From a virus (Duplodnaviria > Caudoviricetes), in IMG/VR virus record IMGVR_UViG_3300037474_000136, positions 1 through 42,817 of that record: a stretch of 42,817 bases of DNA; one strand, 5' to 3'. A program made the position numbers and the translations under genes. Position 1 is the stretch's first letter; each line of letters begins with the position of its first letter. The notes below the pieces were generated by a model. The model was not told where the DNA came from and did not search any database. It saw nothing but the letters and a program-made list of their open reading frames with translations. This document shows positions 1-7,789 of the stretch, one piece after another.

Positions 1-127
1 TCAGACCCTTCATGCCTACCTCCTCCACGGGCTCGCTGCCGTGCCCTCGCTCGACTTCAGGTACCCCGCCGGCTCGAACCCTTCGGCCAGCATCGCCTCG
101 GCCCACAGGCTGCGCGGCTGCTCGCCC
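1..127. repeat. Terminal direct repeat, copy 1 (assembly circularisation overlap)
   Basis: Bases 1-127 are identical to 42691-42817. The 127 nt length matches a common de Bruijn k-mer size, and the repeat cuts through coding sequence. Confidence 0.95.
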
Positions 128-555
128 GCCTCCTCGGACCCAATCATCTCGTCCGTGCCCAACCACCGGGCCATCTCCTCGCGCTCCGCCCAGATGCGGA
201 GTTCGTTGAGCGCCTTGGTGTTCGTCACGCTCGGCATCAGGAGCACCGTGGCCATGCGCGTCCCGACACCCTCGGCGTGCAGTTCCCACAGCCGGCGGTT
301 CAGGCGCCGGGGCCACACCTTCGCGTGGAGCCAGCGCCCCGCCAACGTGAAGTAGGCGCCCTTGGTGGCGGCGTCCGGCCGGCTCAGGCGCTCGAGGTCG
401 CCGTTGCTGCTGTGCGGCAGCTGGAGCCGCCCGCCCGTCGCCGTCTCCTGGTCCTTGAAGCCCGAGTCCCGCAGCTTGCCGCGCCACTCGCGTTGCAGTG
501 CGGCGAACTCGGGGGTCTCCCAGAAGCGAGCCTTGGGGGCAGCGTGCGGTTTCAT
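16..555 (-). CDS. Hypothetical protein, possible sigma-region-4/HTH-like transcription regulator
   Basis: 179 aa. The pattern FxxLQxEWxxKLxxSGFxD...YF...LWELHAEG resembles small phage HTH regulators. ATGA overlap with the upstream gene. Confidence 0.45.
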   Translation of the reverse strand: MKPHAAPKARFWETPEFAALQREWRGKLRDSGFKDQETATGGRLQLPHSSNGDLERLSRPDAATKGAYFTLAGRWLHAKVWPRRLNRRLWELHAEGVGTRMATVLLMPSVTNTKALNELRIWAEREEMARWLGTDEMIGSEEAGEQPRSLWAEAMLAEGFEPAGYLKSSEGTAASPWRR

Positions 556-866
556 GTTGTAGCTCCGTACGCCCGACCCTCGGATTTGAGCAGGTCTCGT
601 ATGGCGGCTGCCACGCGCCGAACTTCCGCCTCCTCGGCCTCACACACGAGCTGTAAACCTCCGAAGCCCTGCCAACCGTAGGACCAGAAGGCGTATCGTG
701 CGCCAGTGTCCTCGTTACCAAGACAGATACGCCCGAACCCACGCACACCCGGCTGGTGTAGTAGCACCTCGGGGTCCCCGTCGGCGTCGTACACAACCCA
801 ACACTTGACTTTGGTGCCAACGCAGTCGCGCTCAATCAGCTCTACCAGCGAACGCCTCCAGCCCAC
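552..866 (-). CDS. Hypothetical protein
   Basis: 104 aa, packed in the operon with a 4-nt overlap to the next gene. Confidence 0.6.
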   Translation of the reverse strand: MGWRRSLVELIERDCVGTKVKCWVVYDADGDPEVLLHQPGVRGFGRICLGNEDTGARYAFWSYGWQGFGGLQLVCEAEEAEVRRVAAAIRDLLKSEGRAYGATT

Positions 867-873
867 GGCCCGC

Positions 874-1533
874 CTACTTTCCGTCCCGCTGGAAGGTCCG
901 GGGCCGCATGCCGGTCGGCGTCGCGGGCACGGGGCGCACGTGCGTGCCCCACTCCGGGTGTTCCCGGTCGTACCAGCAGCCGATGCAGATGGCCTCGGCC
1001 GCGTTCACGTTGTTACCCTGCAGCGCCAGTCCGAACCGCTCGTTGACGTATGCGATGGCGAGCGCCTTGGCTCGGGGCCGGCCGCCGCCCTTGGCGATGC
1101 GCGTGCCGTCCCGCAGCTCCACCACCGTGCGCCACGTCGTGGTCGTGACGTCCACCCGGGTGTCCTCCTCCATGGCGTTCAGGTCGATTAGCAGGCCCTC
1201 CACGGAGCCGATGCCGATGCCGAGCTTGCGCGCGACGCCCATGCCGCCGAACGCGTCCTGCTCCGCCACGAGCACCACCCGTTCCCCCGGGCGACACACC
1301 GCGTTCACCTGGTCGCCCAGCCAGCGCTGGGTCGCCACGTTCAGCAGCGGCGCGTCGCGATAGGCGTGCACGAATGACCCACCAGGTTCGGGCCGGGTCA
1401 GCACGGCGATGCCCGCGTTCCCGCTGTAGGCGCCGTCGAGCGCCACGATGGCCGCGACGGGCTTGCCCCGCACTCGGTAGGCGGGGCTCGTGCCGTCGGC
1501 GGTAGGTAGCTTGGGGGAGTTCTTGCTGCTCAT
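874..1533 (-). CDS. RuvC-like Holliday junction resolvase
   Basis: RNase H-fold pattern: IVALDG..GxAGIAVL, VLVAE, TWR, K..A, and C-terminal NAAEAICIG. Confidence 0.7.
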   Translation of the reverse strand: MSSKNSPKLPTADGTSPAYRVRGKPVAAIVALDGAYSGNAGIAVLTRPEPGGSFVHAYRDAPLLNVATQRWLGDQVNAVCRPGERVVLVAEQDAFGGMGVARKLGIGIGSVEGLLIDLNAMEEDTRVDVTTTTWRTVVELRDGTRIAKGGGRPRAKALAIAYVNERFGLALQGNNVNAAEAICIGCWYDREHPEWGTHVRPVPATPTGMRPRTFQRDGK

Positions 1534-1712
1534 CTTGCTGTGCGTTCCGTTCGTACGCGGGTCCAGTAGACCCGCACCAGGCTGAGGTGCAGCAGCTCCA
1601 CGTTACGAATGAACGCTGCCGCACGGTACTCCAACGCCGCCTCCCGCCAGTTCAGTCGCAGGGCCAGGTAGGAGCCGAGCACGCGCCCAAGGTTCGTCAG
1701 TACGTCACGCAT
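1530..1712 (-). CDS. Small hypothetical protein (60 aa, MRDVLTNL...)
   Basis: ATG at 1712; ATGA overlap with the resolvase gene. Confidence 0.5.
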   Translation of the reverse strand: MRDVLTNLGRVLGSYLALRLNWREAALEYRAAAFIRNVELLHLSLVRVYWTRVRTERTAR

Positions 1713-1735
1713 GCCCGGCCCTTCCCCTCGTCGCC

Positions 1736-2233
1736 CTAGTTCAGCTCGCCACTGGTGGGCGGCGCTTCGCCACCGTCGACGCCGAGCGAGCGCAGGAACT
1801 TGTCGAACGCGTCCGCGCCTTCGGTCACGATTTCCTTGGGGGCCTCCGCGACAGGCTCGATGGTCGAGGGCTCGCACACGGTCCAGACGGGCATGGATAG
1901 CAGCCATGGGGTCAGGCACGCGCCCGTGACCTGCACTCCCAGCAGCTGTGCACCCAGCTCCAGCTCCTGGTCCGAGGGGGGTGTGTTGAAGCCGCGACCG
2001 CGGGCGACGCGTTCGGTCACGAACCGTACGCGCCCATCGTGTTCGAGGAAGCAGTAGCCCGTCTCGTCCGCGTCCTCGGTCCACATCACCAGACCGGCCT
2101 TCAGCGGCGACACCATCAGCAGCGTGATGGCCTCCGCGAACGTCATTGGCTTGCCCGGGTTGAGGGCCTTGCCCCGCACCAGCTTGCCCATCTTCGACCG
2201 CACCACATTACTCGCTCGTTCTGCGTTGTTCAT
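1736..2233 (-). CDS. Hypothetical protein
   Basis: Start MNNAERAS at 2233, preceded by a GAGGAG RBS in the helicase 3' end. Confidence 0.65.
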   Translation of the reverse strand: MNNAERASNVVRSKMGKLVRGKALNPGKPMTFAEAITLLMVSPLKAGLVMWTEDADETGYCFLEHDGRVRFVTERVARGRGFNTPPSDQELELGAQLLGVQVTGACLTPWLLSMPVWTVCEPSTIEPVAEAPKEIVTEGADAFDKFLRSLGVDGGEAPPTSGELN

Positions 2234-2240
2234 CGATTGC

Positions 2241-3005
2241 TCACTCCTCGTCGTCAGTAGGTTCCAACGTAGCGGTGGACGCTTCCAACAGACGTCCACC
2301 CTCACCCCGTCTATATCTCATTCTTGAGCCAACCTGTCCAGACTTATTTTTCGTAACCTCAACAATCAGGGTGCGGTCCTTGCCGCGCCCGAGTCCGAAG
2401 ACTATGTCCGCGCACTCCGTGATGGCGCGCGCACCCTTCACCCGGTTCAGGGCGGGAATGCCCGCATCATCCACCCCTGGCGGGGTCGCGTTGATTTGGC
2501 TCGTCACGAAGGCCACGAAGCCGTGCGCGCGGGCCCGACTGCGGATGCCCTTGATGGCGTGCGTGAGCTGCTCGACGTCCATGCCCATGCACTGGATGTA
2601 GTCCACCGCGACGGCCACGGGCTTGGGCGACATACCCACTCGGGGCTTTCCGCCCAGCTCATCGAGCGCCCGCAGCACGTCCCCCGGCTCGGGGAACGCC
2701 ACCTGCAGTTGCTCGTGCGCGTAGCCCGCGGCGTCCATCCGCCGGCCCAGCTCCAGCTCGACGTCCTCCAGGCTGAGCATCACTGCGGGGCCCGACTCGG
2801 CCACCCCGCGGAGCAGCTCCAGGCTGAACATCGTCTTGCCGACGTTCGTGTCGGCCATCACGACCACCACGCTGCCCGGGGCGACACCCGCCCCGAGCGC
2901 GCGCTCGACCCACGGCACGCCCCACCGGCACTCCTGCGAGACCGGGTCGGCTCGCCAGGTGCGCCAGCGGCGCGCGAGTTCGGTGCTGGGTACGGTCGTC
3001 AGCAC
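2241..3005 (-). CDS. DnaB-like (SF4) replicative helicase, RecA core only
   Basis: Walker A ADTNVGKT, H1a LSLED, Walker B VAVDYIQ, H3 VTSQIN, H4 GARAITECADIV, and KNKSG. Confidence 0.85.
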   Translation of the reverse strand: MLTTVPSTELARRWRTWRADPVSQECRWGVPWVERALGAGVAPGSVVVVMADTNVGKTMFSLELLRGVAESGPAVMLSLEDVELELGRRMDAAGYAHEQLQVAFPEPGDVLRALDELGGKPRVGMSPKPVAVAVDYIQCMGMDVEQLTHAIKGIRSRARAHGFVAFVTSQINATPPGVDDAGIPALNRVKGARAITECADIVFGLGRGKDRTLIVEVTKNKSGQVGSRMRYRRGEGGRLLEASTATLEPTDDEE

Positions 3006-3011
3006 GCCGGA

Positions 3012-3233
3012 CTACTCCTCGTCCGCCTCGTCGAACACCGCTGGGCTCACCTTCGCCAGGGCCCGGTCGAACGCGGGGTCCAGCCCGACGCACTCGTGAA
3101 GTGTGTCACAGTCCTTTGCCTCGAACGCCTCGATGACTTGCGTGTAGAAGTTCTGCCGCTTGCCGCGCGTCATGCGCGGACGCGCCGCGTCGATGATGCT
3201 CGCCATCAGGTCACTGCCGCTTGCCCAACCCAT
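3012..3233 (-). CDS. Small hypothetical protein
   Basis: 73 aa with a GGAGG RBS upstream. Confidence 0.7.
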   Translation of the reverse strand: MGWASGSDLMASIIDAARPRMTRGKRQNFYTQVIEAFEAKDCDTLHECVGLDPAFDRALAKVSPAVFDEADEE

Positions 3234-3260
3234 CGCCTACCTCCCGGAGCCTGCCAAGGC

Positions 3261-3503
3261 TCAATGCATCCAACGTACTCGATTGCTCGGAAACGTAATC
3301 CACGCGCCGGCTTCGTGGCGCTTGCCGTCGATGGTGCACACCTCGCGGAGGCGCACGCGTACGGTTTCGCCATTGATGTCCTCGGTGTACCCGTCAGCTG
3401 CGACCCCCACAACCTTTCCGTCGTGGCGACGAAACCCCACGAGGTGGCACGGGTAGCAACCCTGAGCTTCCAAGTCGACGCCGTCAGCGACCATGCGCAC
3501 CAC
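3261..3503 (-). CDS. Small hypothetical protein, first gene of the leftward operon
   Basis: 80 aa with GGAGG upstream; lies directly downstream of the leftward promoter. Confidence 0.55.
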   Translation of the reverse strand: MVRMVADGVDLEAQGCYPCHLVGFRRHDGKVVGVAADGYTEDINGETVRVRLREVCTIDGKRHEAGAWITFPSNRVRWMH

Positions 3504-3513
3504 CCTCCAGCCC

Positions 3514-3548
3514 CTGCACTCTAACCATTCACGGGCATGTAGTCAACC
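3514..3548 (-). promoter_or_regulatory. Leftward sigma70-type promoter
   Basis: Minus strand TTGACT-17nt-TAGAGT; near-duplicate of the promoter at 4052-4085. Confidence 0.7.
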
Positions 3549-3593
3549 CATGGGATGCGCTTTGTGATACGATTTCTGCATGGAGCCCCTATC

Positions 3594-3712
3594 GTTCGGT
3601 AGCGCTACCGAACATAGCTTCTACGAGTAGCTACTATGTTCATGCCCGTCTACCGAACTAAGAGCGTCTTCCGTTCGGTAGCGCTACCGAACGGAGGAAG
3701 AGCTTCTCTTCC
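3594..3712. repeat. Palindrome cluster (candidate replication origin or operator)
   Basis: Perfect palindrome GTTCGGTAGCGCTACCGAAC at 3594-3613 and again at 3673-3692 (extends to 26 bp, 3670-3695). Half-site at 3650-3658 and further short inverted repeats. Confidence 0.75.
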
Positions 3713-3774
3713 GTTCTTACGCGCGTAGCATAGCTCGTGCCACCACAACGTTGGGGCTCGGTCGTTCGGGCGAC

Positions 3775-4050
3775 ATGGAGACAAACAAAGAGTGGCGCCG
3801 ACGAACGAACATGCTTGTGAAGTACGGTATAACTGCCGAGGAATACTGCACAATGCTGGAGGCGCAGGGTGGGTGTTGTGCCATTTGCAAAGCTCCAAAG
3901 GGGAACAAGTTGTGCGTCGACCACGACCACCGCACGGGAAAGGTGCGCGGCCTGCTGTGCAGCAACTGCAACGCCGGACTCGGAATGTTCAAAGATAGTG
4001 AGGACCTACTGCAGTCCGCGAAGGGTTATTTGAACAATCGTACCGTGTGA
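3775..4050 (+). CDS. Endonuclease VII family nuclease
   Basis: KYGIT..EY..ML..Q.G.CAIC...LCVDHDH.TGKVRGLLC..CN.GLG.FKD..L..A..YL. GC is visibly lower than in the flanks. Confidence 0.9.
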   Translation: METNKEWRRRTNMLVKYGITAEEYCTMLEAQGGCCAICKAPKGNKLCVDHDHRTGKVRGLLCSNCNAGLGMFKDSEDLLQSAKGYLNNRTV

Positions 4051-4051
4051 A

Positions 4052-4085
4052 GGTTGACACGGGCCCAAGAATGGTTAGACTGCAG
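4052..4085 (+). promoter_or_regulatory. Rightward sigma70-type promoter of the replication operon
   Basis: TTGACA (4054-4059), 16 nt spacer, TAGACT (4076-4081). Confidence 0.7.
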
Positions 4086-4089
4086 TTCA

Positions 4090-4290
4090 ACCCCGACACA
4101 CCGCACGTTAGTTCGGTGGGGTCGGCTCGGCCCGGGACGATTCGGTCGGCTCCGGGACATGGGCGGGACGCAACGAGAGGCGCGTCATGAGGCATCGTGA
4201 GGTGCTTCCCGGGGTGGCTGGTCGGGCATGCCGGCCACCCCGCGCTGGACCTACTCACTGGGTAGGTGTCGAACTTAGGTAGGCGACTTT
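4090..4290 (+). ncRNA. Candidate structured RNA or 5' leader (about 7 tandem hairpins)
   Basis: Stems at 4093-4125, 4131-4156, 4167-4186, 4189-4208 (GTGA tetraloop), 4210-4242, 4249-4267 and 4268-4287. No credible ORF; begins at the predicted transcription start. Confidence 0.5.
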
Positions 4291-4316
4291 CGGGTTGGGT
4301 GCGGACGGAGGTGTGG

Positions 4317-4391
4317 ATGGGCTACGCGTTTGCGTTGGTGGTGCTGGCGGGATACCTGCTGGTGCTGAAGTACCTCGGGGGCAGGCCGTGA
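4317..4391 (+). CDS. 24-aa hydrophobic peptide (MGYAFALVVLAGYLLVLKYLGGRP)
   Basis: GGAGGT RBS, a single TM-length helix, and GTGA overlap with the next ORF. Confidence 0.5.
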   Translation: MGYAFALVVLAGYLLVLKYLGGRP

Positions 4392-4546
4392 GTCGACTCC
4401 GCGTGGAGTACTGGTTCGACCCGGCCTACTTCAGCGTAGGCGTGTTCGTGAACACGGATTCGGAGTTCCTGGGCGGCGACGTCGTGGCCATCGGGTTCGA
4501 CCTTGGACCGTTCGGGTTGTGCCTCGTGCTGGGTGGCAAGGCGTGA
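4388..4546 (+). CDS. Small hypothetical protein (52 aa)
   Basis: GTGA overlaps at both ends. Confidence 0.55.
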   Translation: MSRLRVEYWFDPAYFSVGVFVNTDSEFLGGDVVAIGFDLGPFGLCLVLGGKA

Positions 4547-5268
4547 GCGGCATCAACCCACCGGCCGAGTGGAACGTCGTGTCCGCCGGCTCGTACGAGG
4601 AGTGGCTCGCCGCGCGCGAGCGGTACCTCACCGCGTCGGACGTGAGCGCGGTCCTGGGCGTGAATCCGTACAAATCGCGGGCGAGGGTCGTGGCGGCCAA
4701 GCGCGAGGCCCTGGCGGGTGCGGCGGTCGAGCGCCGCGCGTTCTCGGCCATGGAGGCCGGGCAGTTCTGCGAGGAGGGCGTCGTCAGGTGGTTCATCCAC
4801 GACCGCGCCAAGGAAGCCCTGAGCATCGGCGAGGACGCGCCGGTCGGCGGCGTGATGCGCAACGCGTTCGGCACGAGCGTCCTGGTGGCGCACCCGGACC
4901 CGGCGATTCGGTTGGCCGCGTCCCCCGACGCGCTGGTCGTGTACGGCGACGGCATGCGACACCTGGTCGAGGTCAAGCTGCTGGGGCCGGGCTCGCATGA
5001 CGGTGAAGTGCCGGGCAGCTGGCAGAAGTGGACCCACCCTTCCCGTTCCCGTGCGTGGGCGGCCATGGGTCGGGAGCCGGCCCTGGGGTGCCCCGTTCCG
5101 CACTACACCCAGCTCCAGGTGCAGCTCCTGTGCACGGGCGAGCGGTTCGGCTGGGTCGTGGGCGCGTGCGGCACCAAGCGCACGGACCACGCGTTCGCGC
5201 GCGACGAGGCGCTGCACGAGCACATCATCAAGGCAACCAACGAGTTCTGGGCAGAGGTGGAGGCGTAG
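4543..5268 (+). CDS. YqaJ/lambda-type recombination exonuclease
   Basis: EEWLAARERYLTASDVSAVLGVNPYKS, G..CE, LAASPD, VEVK and Y.QLQ.Q motifs. Confidence 0.9.
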   Translation: MSGINPPAEWNVVSAGSYEEWLAARERYLTASDVSAVLGVNPYKSRARVVAAKREALAGAAVERRAFSAMEAGQFCEEGVVRWFIHDRAKEALSIGEDAPVGGVMRNAFGTSVLVAHPDPAIRLAASPDALVVYGDGMRHLVEVKLLGPGSHDGEVPGSWQKWTHPSRSRAWAAMGREPALGCPVPHYTQLQVQLLCTGERFGWVVGACGTKRTDHAFARDEALHEHIIKATNEFWAEVEA

Positions 5269-5272
5269 GGAC

Positions 5273-5857
5273 ATGGAGTCAAAGGGTATGACGTTCCAAC
5301 AGAAGTTGCTGGCGCTGTACGAGCGGTTCGCGTACGTGCAGAAGACGGGCAAGAACGAGCACTTCCGGTATCGATTCATGCAGGAGTCGGTCATGAAGCG
5401 CAAGCTCAACGAGGCGTGCCGCGAGCTGGGCCTCGTCATCGGGGAGACCAAGGTCGACCCCATCGGGGAGTGCACGGGCAAGGCTGCGGTGGTGAAGTTC
5501 ACCATGGTGTTGGCCGACGCCGCCGAGCCGGCCCCCGGCGCGACGGTTCCCTGTGTCAAGCTCGAGGGCATCGGCGGCGGCATGGACACGGGCGACAAGG
5601 CCCCGATGAAGGCGGTGGTGTCCGCCATGAAGTACGCTATCGCCAACGGCCTCATGGTCGAGACGGGCGACGACCCCGAGGAGGATGCGAGCACGGACGC
5701 GGCGGCCATCGAAGCGGTGCGAGCGCGCATCGCGAACGCTCCGGACCGCGCGGCCCTAGAGTTCGTCAAGGTCGACCTCGCGGCCCTCAAGGGGTGCGAC
5801 GCGCACGAGGAGCTGAAGGCGGCGTTCAAGGCGCGCGCCAAGGAACTGAGCGCATAG
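5273..5857 (+). CDS. erf: ERF-family single-strand annealing protein
   Basis: K.GKNEHFRYRF...GGGMDTGDKAPMKAVVSAMKYA...TGDDPE; directly follows the exonuclease. Confidence 0.85.
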   Translation: MESKGMTFQQKLLALYERFAYVQKTGKNEHFRYRFMQESVMKRKLNEACRELGLVIGETKVDPIGECTGKAAVVKFTMVLADAAEPAPGATVPCVKLEGIGGGMDTGDKAPMKAVVSAMKYAIANGLMVETGDDPEEDASTDAAAIEAVRARIANAPDRAALEFVKVDLAALKGCDAHEELKAAFKARAKELSA

Positions 5858-5894
5858 GGCGTTCGGGTAGGGTACGAGCAGGAGGAACGGAGCT

Positions 5895-6173
5895 ATGGGA
5901 CGTGGAAACAGCAGGCCGGTCGAGCGCATCAAGCTGAAGCGCAAGGACGGCAAGCCGGGCGTGGCGACCAACCGCGACGGCAGCACGTACGAGGCACAGC
6001 AGGTCGAGTTCGCGACCGTGTGGGACAACGGGAAGGGCAAGTCGGCGACGTTGGCCCCGGGCTTCGCCATCACGTACAACGGCAAGTCGATTCCCGACAG
6101 CTTCATCAACATCTTCTCGGCGGACAAGGGCGGCTCGAGCCGCAAGGACGCGGACGAGGACGACGACTTCTAG
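5895..6173 (+). CDS. Putative single-stranded DNA-binding protein
   Basis: 92 aa, beta-rich, acidic tail ending DADEDDDF; follows exonuclease-ERF; AGGAGG RBS. Confidence 0.55.
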   Translation: MGRGNSRPVERIKLKRKDGKPGVATNRDGSTYEAQQVEFATVWDNGKGKSATLAPGFAITYNGKSIPDSFINIFSADKGGSSRKDADEDDDF

Positions 6174-6180
6174 GCCAGGC

Positions 6181-6427
6181 TGACGGGCGCGAGCCTGGGG
6201 TGCGTTGGGTGTCGCATCCTGGACTCCTCCCCCGTCATGCCAACCGGTCGGTGGCGCCGATAAGCCACCCAGAGGTGCAGGGTCGTTTGTGCGGCCTTGG
6301 GCACCCCGGCAGGTGGAAAGCCTGCTTTCTTCAACGTTGCGGTCCGTCGCCACTTCAAAGCCCGACGCCTACCTGCGCACAACGCAACGTAGGGCTGCTA
6401 CCCGGAAAACGAGATACTCACGGGTAG
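6181..6427 (+). ncRNA. Candidate structured ncRNA
   Basis: Stems at 6181-6237, 6250-6269, 6274-6305, 6309-6325 (T-arm-like), 6334-6390 and 6398-6427, within a 322-nt gap in an otherwise tightly packed operon. Confidence 0.5.
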
Positions 6428-6495
6428 GTTCGTAGGCTGGCGAGCGGTATAGGCGGTGGTGGAGGCGGGCCGGAGCGTTGACGGAGGAGGGTGCG

Positions 6496-7071
6496 GTGGC
6501 GAAGGCGTTCAAGGTTGGTGACCGGGTCGAGTCGTTGGACGGCGAACACGGGTGCGTGTTCAAGGGTTGGCCCTGGGGTGTGGTGGTGCGTATTCGCGGC
6601 GACGAGTACGATGTGCAGTTCGGGGATGACCCGGCCGCATACCTGTACCACCACAGGCACGAGCTGCGGCCGGACACGCGAGGGACGACGGAGCCGACGC
6701 GGCGGACCACCCTGCCCGTCGACTCGGCGGAGCGTAAGCGGGTGCCGCTCTACCGCGGGCCCGTGCGGTACTTCCCGGCGGCGTTGGCCGGCGTCGCGCG
6801 GGTGTGTGAGGCGGGCAACCGCAAGCACAACCCCGACGCCACGGAGCTGACCCACGACCGCGCCAAGTCGACTGACCAGGAGGACTGCATCCTGCGCCAC
6901 CTGGTGGACCTGTCCGAGGACTACGGCCAGGGTGTGGGCCGGGACGAGGCGGGCATCCCGCAGGTCGACTACATCGCGTGGCGCGCGCTGGCGTTGGCGC
7001 AGGCGTGGCACGAGGAGCACGACGGCGCCCCGGTCGCACCGGCCGCCATCAACGCAGGGGGTAGCAAGTGA
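6496..7071 (+). CDS. dATP/dGTP diphosphohydrolase domain protein (DUF5664-like) with an N-terminal small beta domain
   Basis: ERK..P...G...YFP.AL..VA....GN.KHNP...KS.D..DC..RHL...D..G......AWRAL; AGGAGG RBS. Confidence 0.75.
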   Translation: MAKAFKVGDRVESLDGEHGCVFKGWPWGVVVRIRGDEYDVQFGDDPAAYLYHHRHELRPDTRGTTEPTRRTTLPVDSAERKRVPLYRGPVRYFPAALAGVARVCEAGNRKHNPDATELTHDRAKSTDQEDCILRHLVDLSEDYGQGVGRDEAGIPQVDYIAWRALALAQAWHEEHDGAPVAPAAINAGGSK

Positions 7072-7244
7072 AGCTGTCGAACGAGGAGGTGGCGGCGCTG
7101 GCCGACGCGCTGGTCAAGAAGGCGGACGCGTGCCTGACGACTGCGGTGGACGCCCGAACCGTGGCGGAGAAGATAGCTCGAACGCAGGCGGCGCTGACGC
7201 TGCTGCAGCGGTCCGAGGCCGTGCGCGCGTCGGGTGGCGCATGA
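7068..7244 (+). CDS. Small helical hypothetical protein (58 aa)
   Basis: GTGA and ATGA overlaps at its two ends. Confidence 0.6.
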   Translation: MKLSNEEVAALADALVKKADACLTTAVDARTVAEKIARTQAALTLLQRSEAVRASGGA

Positions 7245-7789
7245 CCCGCTTCACGCACTTTTACAGCGACCCGCACTACGGGCACGCGAACATCATCAAG
7301 CACGCGTCGCGCCCGTTCGGGGACGTGGCGGAAATGAACCGGGAGCTGGAGCGGCGCTACCGCGAGGTGGTGGGTCCGGACGACCACGTGCTGTGGTGCG
7401 GCGACTGCTTCTGGACCGGGTACGACGGCCGCGCGCTGCTGGCCCGCCTGCCGGGTCGCAAGTCGCTCTGCATCGGCAACCACGACGGGACGGCCACCAA
7501 GATGATGTCGGCCGGGTTCGAGATGGTGACGCAGCGGCTCTACTTCGACCTCGGGCCGCACCAGGTGTTGGCCAACCACTTCCCGCCCCTCGAGGCGTAC
7601 TACGAGGGCCGCCCGTATGACGGGATGTTCCGCACGCGTCAGCCCAGCCGGACCGACGCCGACTACATCATCCACGGGCACACCCACGAACGGCTGCGCA
7701 TCAACGGCAACCGCATCCACGTCGGGGTCGACGCGTGGGACTACGCGCCGGTTTCCGAGGCCGAACTGCTGGAGCTGATGACGCCATGA
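7241..7789 (+). CDS. Calcineurin-like metallophosphoesterase
   Basis: SDPHYGH, GD, GNHD, HFP, HGHTH and VGVD motifs. Confidence 0.9.
   Translation: MTRFTHFYSDPHYGHANIIKHASRPFGDVAEMNRELERRYREVVGPDDHVLWCGDCFWTGYDGRALLARLPGRKSLCIGNHDGTATKMMSAGFEMVTQRLYFDLGPHQVLANHFPPLEAYYEGRPYDGMFRTRQPSRTDADYIIHGHTHERLRINGNRIHVGVDAWDYAPVSEAELLELMTP

Noticed and set aside
3594-3692. Mini CRISPR array
   Set aside because: Only two 20-bp perfect palindromes with a 59-nt self-similar spacer, and no cas genes.
4160-4190. GGGACGCAA resembling a c-di-GMP-I riboswitch
   Set aside because: The upstream GGCAAA and GAAA-tetraloop stem and the P3 arm are missing.
6204-6278. HDV/theta-like ribozyme fold inside the 6.2-kb RNA
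   Set aside because: A P3/L3-like GAC-tcctccccc-GTC is present, but P1 is imperfect and there is no proper J4/2 with a catalytic C. A simple long hairpin explains the sequence better.
6245-6330. tRNA gene (T-arm-like stem and GAT-containing loop)
   Set aside because: There is no cloverleaf, acceptor stem or TTCGA loop.
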